Shown here piece after piece: positions 37,831-48,350 of a stretch of DNA of 64,000 bases (the first letter of the stretch is position 1; each line of letters begins with the position of its first letter). The notes under the pieces were generated by a model. That model ran no database searches, was not told the DNA's origin, and was given only the letters and a program-made list of their open reading frames with translations. Origin of the DNA: Takakia lepidozioides (lineage: Eukaryota > Plantae > Bryophyta). The stretch is from positions 124,001 to 188,000 of the forward strand of contig CM060731.1 of NCBI GenBank assembly GCA_030704615.1. The letters run 5' to 3'. The position numbers and the translations under genes are program-made.

Positions 37831-39369
37831 GGCTCAAACAAATCCCCCAAAACAAGATATCAAAAAGCAGAAGAAAATGATGATCGGTGGCGATCATCAC
37901 TTTCACATGAGAGAGAATGCAACATGGGTTGGCAAATCCTTATGATTATGTAGACTGCACAACTGGGAAATGTGATGGTCGGCACCGACCATCACTTCAT
38001 TCATCATAAACAAACTGCCTATGATAACAGAGGCAGGATTAAGAATGGAAACATGGACATGATCTGCAGTATTCATTTGTTTGACTGGAGAATATCAGAG
38101 TAGTGGAAGTGATGATCGGTACCGACCATCACCAAACTGCTGTGTAGCAAAAAAGAAATATTAAGCTTTTCTCAATGAGACATGACAAAATTTCAAAGAA
38201 TGTGATGGATAGGCTTAAGGTATTGCACCTGTACACAACACGCATCATCTATGGTGGACCAAAAAGCACGTCCTGCCGTTGTAAGAGAAGTATCGTTTTA
38301 AAATATATAGATTTGGTTCTATAACACTGATGTATTCTTGTTCACTCTATTTTGTCCTGTGCTTAACTTTTTGATCTAAGCCCTAGTGAAAGTTAGGCTC
38401 CAATGAATATTATGACTTGAGTTTTTTTGTTCAAGTATCTTATATGGTATTACTTTGTACACAATTTACAGAATACAAAAATATATTATATTCTATTAGA
38501 AATAAAAAGATTGATGTTGAAAATGATATAAAATTGAAATGGCATTAGAACTACATGATATTTTATTATTTTATAACTATTTCAAAGATACAAGTATAGT
38601 TAAGAACATACTCTAATGCCCTATGGTAATGGGCTTATTTAGATAATATTTTATTTCATGGGGTTGGATAGTTGAGCTTTGCTTCATTATTGAGTAGTAT
38701 AATTTTAATGGGATGATTATTTTTTTATAGTCTTTTTTTATGCACCGTCACTAATGGGGATGAACACAATTCTAATCCATGCTCACATCACCATAGGAGG
38801 GCAAAAAAACAGATTATATGATACCATTAGAGAAATTTGTGGGTTTTGAGGCCCAAACAAGTAGTGTATTTAAGCACGATAAGTGCAACTCCAGTACAAA
38901 TTAAAATACAAATAGGCACATTCAGGAAGGGAGTGGGCGTGGGAGATGTGCAAACTGGATGCTATGAATGCCACAAATTTCATCCGCCAAATTTCATCCT
39001 GAACTTTATCAATGAATGGAATTACCAGGTGTCCTGCGATCATTTGATTATCTGACAACCAAGCATTTTCCTCGATCTTCGCGGAGTGTTACACTTGGGT
39101 TCTTTTCGGCGTGCTAGTTTCTCGGCTCCTCGAGTCTCTTGTTTCTTGGTTTAGGGTTTCGAGGTTTAGTGTACTTGAGATACATGCACCCACTGTGAAA
39201 TAGTATGAGTTCTACACTATAGAGTCTAGAGGTTCTTGGCCAAGCTGACTTTCGGAGACACAGGGGCTGTGTGGATCATATCTTCACTCTAAGCTAGTGT
39301 ATTCAGGGAAGGGAATAAGACGGGAAACCCGCCTTCGTCTTTTTCTTGGATGTCTTGGAGTTGAGCAGG

Positions 39370-39510
39370 AACTCAGAGCGGGAAGCCTACCTTTGGACGG
39401 AAAACAGATGCAGAGAGGAAACGGGATTGCAAATGTGTGTTATATGCGCATCCTGAAGATAATACTCACTTTTTGATTCGTTGTCCTGGGTACGCTCACC
39501 ATAGAGACTT
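39370..39510 (+). mobile_element. Short LINE fragment (CCHC region), same family as 6400-6877
   Basis: AACTCAGAGCGGGAAGCCTACCTTTGGACGGAAAACAGATGCAGAGAGGAAA...CCTGAAGATAATACTCACTTTTTGATTCGTTGTCCT. Two small reverse copies also lie at ~41690-41810. Confidence 0.7.
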
Positions 39511-39519
39511 ACTGACTGT

Positions 39520-41470
39520 TCTCTCTCTTATGTTACAGGTGCCTAATTCCAGCTCAAGACAGGTGAAATTTATCTACTACAAGGTGGAGTTTTTTGTAGA
39601 GTTTCTTTAGACTGGCCTCAGCGAATTCGGGAAAAAAACCCATCATTGTTGTGTTCATCGTTAGGGTGGAATACCAGTCAGCAACAAGGTCTCCATTTCT
39701 CCACTTTCTGCATTCTTGGTATGTACTCGTTCTTGATAGGGCTTTGCATTGGTAGGTGGGCTCTGCTGCCCTGTAGTGACTAACTATGAGCTGGATTTTT
39801 TCAGGTCACCGTTTTCGCACTACAGTAGTCTATGTCCCCTTGTGTGGCCTGATAAAAGTTTTTATGCTAGAGCTAAAGTATGACGCCTCCCGAAGGGAGC
39901 GTAACTTATGGTGTCACTTCACCACACGGGCTACTGCTAGAGCTATATTAACAACAAAGTGAGTCCAAGGAACATGTAGACCCTACTCTTGGCTTCAACT
40001 ACTTGTGCTGAAAAGAAACAGACAGGAATGACCGTTGAAGCTTATGAAAAGTAATCATGTGTATTGCCTATGTGCAGTTTGAGAAGTGGAGTTGGATCCA
40101 GAGGTATGGCTATTTGTGTTTATGCAACTACCGAGGGTTAAGTTGGCATAGGGAAGTGAAGGGGAGGTTTTTGGGGTTGGAAATGGACTTGTTTGTAACG
40201 TGGACAACTTCTATGGGTCCTACAATTTTCTGTCTTGTTGGTGCAATTGTAAGATTGCACACACCAACTGCAGCTTTTCAATTTGGCCTATTATCTTGAA
40301 GCTGATCCAGTGAGGTGGGACCTACTAGGAGAGGCACAGTCAGTTCATTGAGTTGTTTGCCAATAACTGATTCTGAGCAGGGTTTAGGATTTCAGATAAG
40401 GTTAAAGAGAAGTAGAAGGGCATATATCACCATGCTTGAACTTTTTGAACTGTGTCATTCCATTCTTTAGTAGACTCCTCACTGTTAGGCCTGAATCACA
40501 TGTAAGGTTGTAGGGTTTTTTTCTCACATTGTCTCTTATGGTTGCAGGTGCCTAATTCCAGCTAGCATTGTTAGGGTGGATTACCAGTTAGCAACAAGGG
40601 CTCTTTCTGCATTCTTGGTATGTACTCGTTCTTGATAGGGCTTTGCATTGGTAGGTGGGCTCTGCTGCCCTGTAGTGACTAATTATGAGCTGGATTTTTT
40701 CAGGTCACCGTTTTCGCACTACAGTAGTCTATGTCCCCTTGTGTGGCCTGATAAAAGCTTTTATGGTAGAGCTAAAACAACAAAGTGAGTCCAAGAAACA
40801 TGTAGACCCTGCTCTTGGCTTCAACTACTTGTGCTGGAAAGAAACAGACATGAATGACAGTTGAAGCTGATGAAAAGTTATCACGTGTGTTGACTATATG
40901 CATTTTGAAGATTTCCTGAACAAGCGGTGGAGTTGGATCCAGAGGTATGGCTCCCTCTGATTGGACATCTTGTAGCAAAGCGAGTGGTTGGGCTCTTGAC
41001 TGTGATGTTGTGTCTGCACTTGCTGAGTCTACCTCTGTCCACCTCATATTTGTGTTTATGCAAGTACTGAGGGTTAAGTTAGCATAGGGAACTGATGGGG
41101 AGGTTTTTGGGGTTGGAAATGAATTTGTTTGTAACATGGACAACTTTTTGGGTCCTACAAATTTCTGTCTTGTTGGTGCAATTGTAAGACCACACACACC
41201 AACTGCAGCTTTTCAAATTTGGCTTTTATTATCTCAAGCTGATCCAGTTAGGTGGGACCTACTAGGAGTTGAGGCACAGTCAATTCAGTGAGTTGTTTGC
41301 CAATGATTGGTTCTCCGCATGGTTTTGGATTTCAAATAAGGGTAAAGAGAAGTTGAAGGGCCTATATCGACATGCTTGAATTTTTTGAACTGTGTCATGT
41401 TCCATTCTGCAGAAGACCCCTCACTGTTAGGCCTGCAAGTTCATTACATGAAATAGTGGATCACATGTAA
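39520..41470 (+). repeat. Tandem duplication of a ~0.9-1.0 kb non-coding unit rich in splice-like sites
   Basis: CAGGTGCCTAATTCCAGCT (39536, 40546), CTTTGCATTGGTAGGTGGGCTCTGCTGCCCTGTAGTGACT (39742, 40641), CACTGTTAGGCCTG (40480, 41422). The same unit recurs at 53520-55270. Confidence 0.88.
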
Positions 41471-41886
41471 GTGAAATAGGGAATCACCTGTTCAGGAGTT
41501 GATTTATTGCCTGAAGAGGTTTTTTTAACCTTTGGCTGTTCAGGGTGAGTTTTGCACCCCCCCCTAAAGCTCCCGACGAGATGAATAGGTCCGACAGTGG
41601 GGTAAGCTGCAATGTATGACCAATAGCAGATATATCCTAAGTTAATCGCCTCTATATCTTGTATGTAGTACATCAGGCAATCACAATTTCCTCTTCCTCT
41701 CTGCATCTGCTTACTAATCAAAGGTAGGCTTCCCGTCTTGAGTTGTCTGTAGTTACAATCTCCTCTTCCCCTCTGCATCTGTTTAATGTTCTAGGGTAGG
41801 CTTCCTGTCTTACTTAGTGCTCTGTCTGCAGTGATTGCAGGGTATCCACGCCACCATTCGAGATAGAAAAAATTGATCATGCAAAC

Positions 41887-42717
41887 ATGGAGGATGGAGA
41901 GTTGTTTGGAACTCCTCTGAGCAGTCCCAGTAGGTTGATGGTTGATGGTTCTTATGTTGACACGGTAGACTTAGTAGGAGCTGGTTCACCTCCGATTGTT
42001 GATCGTCACGTCGATCCAGCTTCTCTCCTTAGTATCCACGCTGGTTTTACCCACCCAAGCCAATCAGACCACACATTTAGAGGTCAGACAACGTCCTTCT
42101 TACGAGTAAACATTTGGACTACCACCGATTCTGTCGGCCCTGGACTCTATCCCACAACACTTACTTCAACAGTTGCCTCTACGTCATTTGTTGCAGGCCC
42201 CACAACAGATAACCCAGACAATAATGACACAGAGACACGGCATGTATTTGATTTGAGTCCTATATTTGGCATTGCTGGTGGACCTCTTTCAAGGGCACGA
42301 ATCCTCGACCTCATTGTGGGTTTTTCCCCTATTCAAATTCACAGAAACAGGTACCTTGGTGGGACAATTAGAGGGGATCGATTTCGCCTCAGAGGGTTGG
42401 TAGCGGTTGAGGATTTTCCCTTGTTTGGAAATGATGTATGGGTGAGGCCTGGTGGACACAACATATGGAGTCCACTCTTTGAGTGGAGGGAAGTGCCTAA
42501 TATTCAAGATTATGATGTGGTTATTACTGAAAGAAATGAATTGTCTTGCACAGTTGTGACAATTTGGCAAACTCAGATAGATGATGGATGGGAAGAAAGG
42601 GCTACTGCTATTTATGGTTCTTCCTGGGAACTGATGGACTTGGAAGTGCCCGACACTAATTCTGGAATTGGTTTTTCCCGACAATATCCACGGTTGTGGA
42701 TTTGGCCAAATTGGTGA
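41887..42717 (+). CDS. Uninterrupted 276-aa ORF of unknown function
   Basis: ATG in AAACATGG context just after a TTGCAG acceptor (41840). The C-terminal half looks globular and is W-rich. No family recognised. Confidence 0.45.
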   Translation: MEDGELFGTPLSSPSRLMVDGSYVDTVDLVGAGSPPIVDRHVDPASLLSIHAGFTHPSQSDHTFRGQTTSFLRVNIWTTTDSVGPGLYPTTLTSTVASTSFVAGPTTDNPDNNDTETRHVFDLSPIFGIAGGPLSRARILDLIVGFSPIQIHRNRYLGGTIRGDRFRLRGLVAVEDFPLFGNDVWVRPGGHNIWSPLFEWREVPNIQDYDVVITERNELSCTVVTIWQTQIDDGWEERATAIYGSSWELMDLEVPDTNSGIGFSRQYPRLWIWPNW

Positions 42718-42993
42718 CAAGATGTTTCAGGTCAGTTGAGCAGCGCCATTGTCTGCTATGTATTTTGAATGAATTTAGAAGCACGGTGGACCATCCCAAT
42801 TTGCAAGGAATTTGAATGCTTGGCCTTGTGTCTTTACAATTTAATCAGCCTCTGGTGATCAAAGCCATCTTGTGCTTTGGGGCTCATAATCTGACTTTAT
42901 TTCAGTTTGTGCAGAACTCATGCAGTATAGGAGACATTCAAGCTATTCCAGAGGACAATGTTGGGCAGTAGTTAGGAATGGCTAACAAGCGAA

Positions 42994-43773
42994 ATGTGGA
43001 GAGGGTATAAAAGTAGTGCTGCAAGAAGAGCGAAGGATGTTCTTTTAGAGCATGAGCCAGCTACACCAAATCATATAGGCGTTCGGAAGGAAAAACCACG
43101 TTTGCTAAAGGCAAAATGGAGGGAAGGTAACAGGTTAGCAGAAGGAGCTGCTGAAAGAGTTGCTGCTACAACTACTACAGGTCCCCGCAGCACTGAATGG
43201 GGCAGGAAGGTTGCAAAGAAGCTTGTGAAGCAATTTGTGCAATTGACAGGTTCAGAAGGAAATGATTTTCAAAAAGACGCTCTAAGTCACATGACTTCAT
43301 GCCGAGTGTTGAGGAAGAGCTTACCTCCTAATATTCTAACATGTAAGGATGCTGTTGCCACTCAAGAGTATTTTGAGGCTGTTAGAGGTGGGTTGGCTGT
43401 AGTGAAAAGACTGTCTACAAAAGACAAGCTTGCAGCAAAACATGCAGTGTTGAGTATGGGTGTGTCAAGTGCCACCTCAAACATGCGAGCTATTGCTCGA
43501 CTGGTAGGTGTCCATCATCGGAATGTGGCAGCTGCAATTGTAAGACGCAAACTTGTTGATGCTCATGGGGGTGCTTTATGGGCATTGACTGGTAGGAAGC
43601 AGCGTTGGGATGTTGTCCCTTGTGAGACAAGAACTACAGTAATAGCAATGTGGACGGAGCAAAGCAGGGTTTCCCCAAATAAGAAAGATGTATGCAGGCG
43701 TCGAATATCCAGAAACGTTTATGAGACACATGCAACTCACTTCCTCACTGAGACTCGGGTAATAACGCCTTAA
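42994..43773 (+). pseudogene. N-terminal part of a Sola-like DNA transposase (HTH + RKxR..D / SRVSPNKKD region); catalytic core not found
   Basis: MRAIARLVGVHHRNV (HTH-like) and RKQRWDVVPCETRTTVIAMWTEQSRVSPNKKDVCRRRI...HATHFLTE resemble the pre-catalytic region of Sola-type transposases. Ends at a GT donor followed by microsatellites. Confidence 0.55.
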
Positions 43774-43809
43774 CAACTTTCATATGGTTGATTTTTCATT
43801 TAAACTGAT

Positions 43810-43957
43810 TGAGAGAGAGAGATATATATACACATATATATATATATATACTCATAAGATGTTGTTTGCCGTAGCCTTGCGGCCATTGACCTTGCGCCCA
43901 GTTTGAGCTGAACACAAAGGGACAGAACCTACCTCTGTCAGGGGCTGACGTCGGTAG

Positions 43958-43989
<32 letters not shown>
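43810..43989 (-). mobile_element. ~105-bp LINE 3' tip (43851-43958) between (GA)n/(TA)n and (GA)n microsatellites
   Basis: The reverse complement matches 6770-6877 and 48250-48350 and ends GGCTACGGCAAACAACATCTTATGAGTA. Confidence 0.8.
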
Positions 43990-43991
<2 letters not shown>

Positions 43992-45774
43992 ATTTGATGA
44001 TTGCGTTTTGTTGAAGGATCGACAGATAGTGAGGAACATTGTGGTACAAAGTTTGTGATTTATTAAATGTGTAGCCCTTTCAATGATTTCTTGTTAAGAT
44101 GTGTGACTTTGCTGTATGCAGGATATTTCACCACACATTCCTCGAGGGATGGTTATTGTGGGCACTTTTATAAGTTCTTGCTACACCAACCCATTCTCAG
44201 GTCTTTGATTTCTAGTTAAGATGTGTGACTTATGCAGATGTATCACCACACGTACCTTGAGGGAAGGGATGTCATGCAAGTCACTCAGAACACTCACAGA
44301 GCTAAGTAGACAATCTGTTCAGTACATGATATTGTCCACGGACAATTCAGTATTAGAGATTGTCAAAAGCTGTGGGCACTTTGATAAGTTCTTGCTACAC
44401 CAACCCATTCTCAGGTCTTTGAATACACAATGTTGATGTAATTATTGGTCAGTCATGCAATCTATGTGAATATATGACAATTGCATATTGTTGTTGAAGG
44501 ATGGATATTGGTGGGGAACATGTTGGCACAAGGTTTGCATTTCCAACTTCATTTGATTTGGTGTCTTTTAGATATAGATGGTGGGCCCTATTATGGTACA
44601 AGTGTTTGTCTATGGCAGCTATTTGAAGATTTGGTATGCAGGAGATGGAGATCAGTTTCTATGGATGTTGGTTACAGATCATTGTAGCCAACATTTGTCT
44701 AATCTGACCTTGCATCTTCTCCATTGGAATCCTTAGACATCAGACTTACAGAGTTTGAACTTCAAATTGTTTGAGGTTTCTGAAGTGGATGTGGTACTAG
44801 TTCTGACAAATTCGGATATGATGTGAAGTACGTCGTGGCACTGATTTGTGGCTATGTCAGACTAGTTATCAAAGAGCTCTGTCAGTACTGATGCCACGGG
44901 GCGGGGATATTAATCGTACAAGTCAAACTTATGGTGTTCCGATGAACTGGTTAGACAATTTGAAGTATTGAGTACCTTTCAAAGACCACTCGTTACTGCA
45001 AGTACTTGCAAGCAATTGGAATTAAATGTGAGGGGTTCTGAATCATGTCGTCCTTGGTCTTTGTAGTGGTGAATTTGGGGGCTGCTTGCTGTGTGCTTCA
45101 GATAGCACTGGTCAAACAGCTCCAAACCCTTACTAATACTGATTATATTATGTATATATGGTAAGTGTGCATAGTCAAAAGTGTAGTTGACAAAGTTCTT
45201 AGAATGCTCCTTAAAGTATGTGGATGTATGTTTAGTGCTTCTTATTTACCACCCATGTACTCACAACACTCAAGCACTTCCGTGAAAGTGCACGTGGGTT
45301 CAAATGAGTGCTAAGTAGTGGTTTGGATTACAAGGGGATTTAATGGGAATTAACAAGCATTTGCTGCATCTGTGTTTTCTGAATGTATAGTTCAGATACA
45401 TCTACCATATCCTCATTCCGGGGAAGTATCTGAGCGATGATCCTCGATAATACATCTAGTCTTTAACCATCCACTCATCCATTGTTCATGCATTGCGAAA
45501 CGTATGTTTATCTATCAACCATCTCGCATTCAACCATTCATGAATTATTCATCCATCATTCATCCAACATTCATTCAACATTCATCCATCATTCATCCAA
45601 GTACGCATGATATGTACACTCATTCCCGCGGAAATATGTCTCTCGGGGCTTCCTCATCCGCGATTGTAGGCCCATGCACCCTATTACGTGAGCATCTTTT
45701 CGCTCACAGATTGGCATCTTCCCGCTCGCGCATCTTTCCGCTCACGGGAGCCGCTCACGGACTAGCAATCCCCT

Positions 45775-47170
45775 AAGATGGCCAAGAAGGACATGGGATC
45801 GACCATCCTGAAGCCAATCAAGGCCTATGTTCTCCCCCCATGGAAGACAATGCGATGCAGAAATAGGGTCTCTAATCTTGGAGAGAACCCCCTTGGATTT
45901 ATTCCAATTAATTCTGAGGCCTGATGCATCACAGAAGGAGGAAATAGCATCTAGTGTACGTTGAACGTTGGAGAAGCTGTTGTTGTCAACCAGAAGAGAA
46001 GTATCATCCATATATAAGAAGGATTTAATGTTGTAATCAGATATGCAGGGATGCGGGACTTTGAGACCTATGATGTCAGAGTTCTTATTGAGGAGATGGG
46101 TAAGACCATCCGCTGCAATTAGAAACAGAAAAGGAGATAAATGACATCCTTGACGAACAGAGCGGAAAATTGGAAAAGCACTGGATGATGTGACCATTTT
46201 CGATGACCTTGTTGGAGGCAGATTGAAGGAGGATCCGAATCCAGCTAAGGAAGTTTCCATGAATACCACATTTTTGTATGGCACCCAGAAGATAGTCCCA
46301 TTCAATGTTGTCGAAAGCTTTCTCGAAGTCAAGCATTAGAAGAGCTAAAGGCTGGTTCGAAAATGGGCAGTATTAAGAGCCTCACTGGCTAGAAGAATGC
46401 TATCGAGAATCATGCGATCTTTCATAAAGCCAGTTTGCTCAGGACTGATCATCTTGCATAGCAACGGCTGAAGTCTGGAGGCCAAGGCTTTCGCTATAAT
46501 CTTATAGACAACATTTAGCAAAGTGATTGGCCTATAATTAGCCAAGGAGTCTCTATCCCCTTTTTTGAAGATCAAAGTGATCACTCCCTGGGATAATTGC
46601 GATGGCATAATGCCCTTGATGAGGATGTCGTTAGTTAAGTTAACAAAATCCTCACCACAAACAGGCCAAATTGCTTTGAAAAGCTCAACAGGCAGCCCAT
46701 CTAATCCAGGGGACTTTAAAAAAGCAAGAGATGAGAGAGCTTCCCCAAGCTCTATTTCATAAAATGGGGCAGAGAGCTTTTCCAGATCAGCAGGCAGAAT
46801 GACCGAGGGGAAAGCAGACAGTCCACTTCCTATCTGGATAAGATCACATCCTCAGAGGAGGTTCTCCTGCTGAACAAAGATGAGAAGTGGGAAGCAGCTA
46901 AGGAAGACAACTTTTTAGGACGAGAAATAGGAAGAACCGACTCATTCTTCAGAGAGACAATAGTGGTTGCTGCCTGACGTTGCCTAGCCTTAAAGAAGAA
47001 ATATCTAGACATTTTTTCTCCCTTAAGAGAGCAGCTGATACCCGCTTTACATCTCAAGTTATCATCTTTTATCTTGAGCAGCTCAGCTAAGTTTCTTTTG
47101 GCCAAGAAATAAGAATCCCAAGTAGCAGGGGAGGCCCAATCCTTCTCAATGACTTGCTGACAGTGAGACA
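45775..47170 (-). pseudogene. L1-type LINE ORF2 reverse transcriptase, decayed
   Basis: KSPGLDGLPVE, GVITLIFKKGDRDSLANYRPITLLNVVYKIIAKALASRL, EQTGFMKDR, LDFEKAFDNIEW, VRQGCHLSPFLF, LYMDD, SGLRINWNKS. Stops and frameshifts present. Confidence 0.92.
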
Positions 47171-47210
47171 AACACTTAAAGAAATCTGTGAAGCTCTTTT
47201 ACATCCGCAG

Positions 47211-47390
47211 TATGTACTGCTCGGCTGTAATGCTGGTTCCCACGCCAGACCCACTGAGCTCATTCCCTGCACAAATGCATTGTAAGTTCATCGACACACT
47301 ACCTCCATGTGTTTTTACAGGGATCTCCATAATAATGAGCTGGAAGGACCATTTCCAGCCTTCAATAAAAGCGAGAACCTCCTCCCTTCT
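47211..47390 (+). pseudogene. Two degenerate LRR-type exons (receptor-like kinase fragment)
   Basis: A ~72-nt AG...GT exon (..LVPTPDPLSSFPAQMH), a short intron, then an exon DLHNNELEGPFPAFNKSENL matching LxxNxLxGxxP. Confidence 0.45.
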
Positions 47391-47559
47391 TCCAATGCTT
47401 TCCACCAAGGTCCATACATAGGGCCTGCATGTTTAGTGCCTCCCTGGCCTGGGTACCGTGTAGGGCCTCCCTGGCCTGGTTACAGTCAGAGTCCATACCC
47501 CTCTACCTCCTACCCTACTCCTTATTTGAATGGTGCACCAGCACAGGCTCCGGCCCAAC

Positions 47560-48350
47560 CCTCTCCACTGCTCTTCAATGTTTTCATTAATGAGCTCCTT
47601 GGAGATGTGGAAAGCGAGGGATTTGGGTTTAAGATGGGTGACAGCTCTTATGTTTGTGAATGACTTTGTGGGACTAGGGGATACCCCCATCCAATCTTCA
47701 GGAGTTGATTGAGTGTGCAAAGAGGTACTTTGACATGTGGAGGCTAGAAGCCAATGTCAGTAAATGTGCAGTGGTGGCCTTCAATGATCGTGGGGAGGGA
47801 GGAGGGAGTAATGTTCGAACAAAATGAAGTTAGGCTTATGACTTCCCTGCACTTGTTTCTAGTTTGTGACACGGGTGAGGACCTTAAGGATGATCTGAAG
47901 GGCCTACCTACCGTCGGCACTAGACTGAAAACTAAACTCAGGTTGGGGAGTTTGCCTTTGAACAATAAACAGATGCAGAGAGGAAAGGGAGATAGGCAAT
48001 GCCCACAGTGTGGGCGGCCTGAAGACAATATCCCTGTTCTGATACAATGTCCCCGGGATTCCCATCAGAGAGTGGCCCTCTTCAGGACCCACAAGAACAT
48101 AGTCCCTGCACCTATGTTCACCAGCTTTCAAAATCTGGAGGCTGAGCCTAAAGCCCTGGCCTGTTTGGGTCTAATCGCTGGGCATCAATGTGAAGGGCTT
48201 TCTAGAGGAAATCTGGAAAACCTAAACCAATTGTTTATACCAAGTATGGGAGTGAGCCCCTCACAAAGGTAGTGTCTGTTCCCTCTTGTTCCGCCCAAAC
48301 TGGGCACGGAGTCTATGCACTAGGCTACAGCAAACAATGTCTCATGAGTA
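47560..48350 (+). mobile_element. Internally deleted LINE 3' portion (RT domains 4-7 remnant + CCHC + 3' end)
   Basis: SPLLFNVFINELLGDVESEGFG and LEANVSKCAVVAF as in 52465-53194, then KLRLGSLPLNNKQMQRGKGDRQCPQCGRPEDNIPVLIQCP. Ends GGCTACAGCAAACAATGTCTCATGAGTA. Confidence 0.85.

Larger units (their letters stand above)
35061..45774. mobile_element. ~10.7-kb TIR DNA transposon (Sola-like, tentative) carrying a methyltransferase-like gene
   Basis: The ends mirror each other: imperfect TIR AGGGATGCCTCGGCGTGAGCG vs reverse complement AGGGGATTGCTAGTCCGTGAGCG; repeated GTGAGC/GCTCAC motifs; TATTTCCGCGG (35191) vs CCGCGGAAATA (45626); GGATGAAT arrays (35288-35470) vs ATTCATCC arrays (45470-45600). 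No TSD recognised. Confidence 0.65.
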
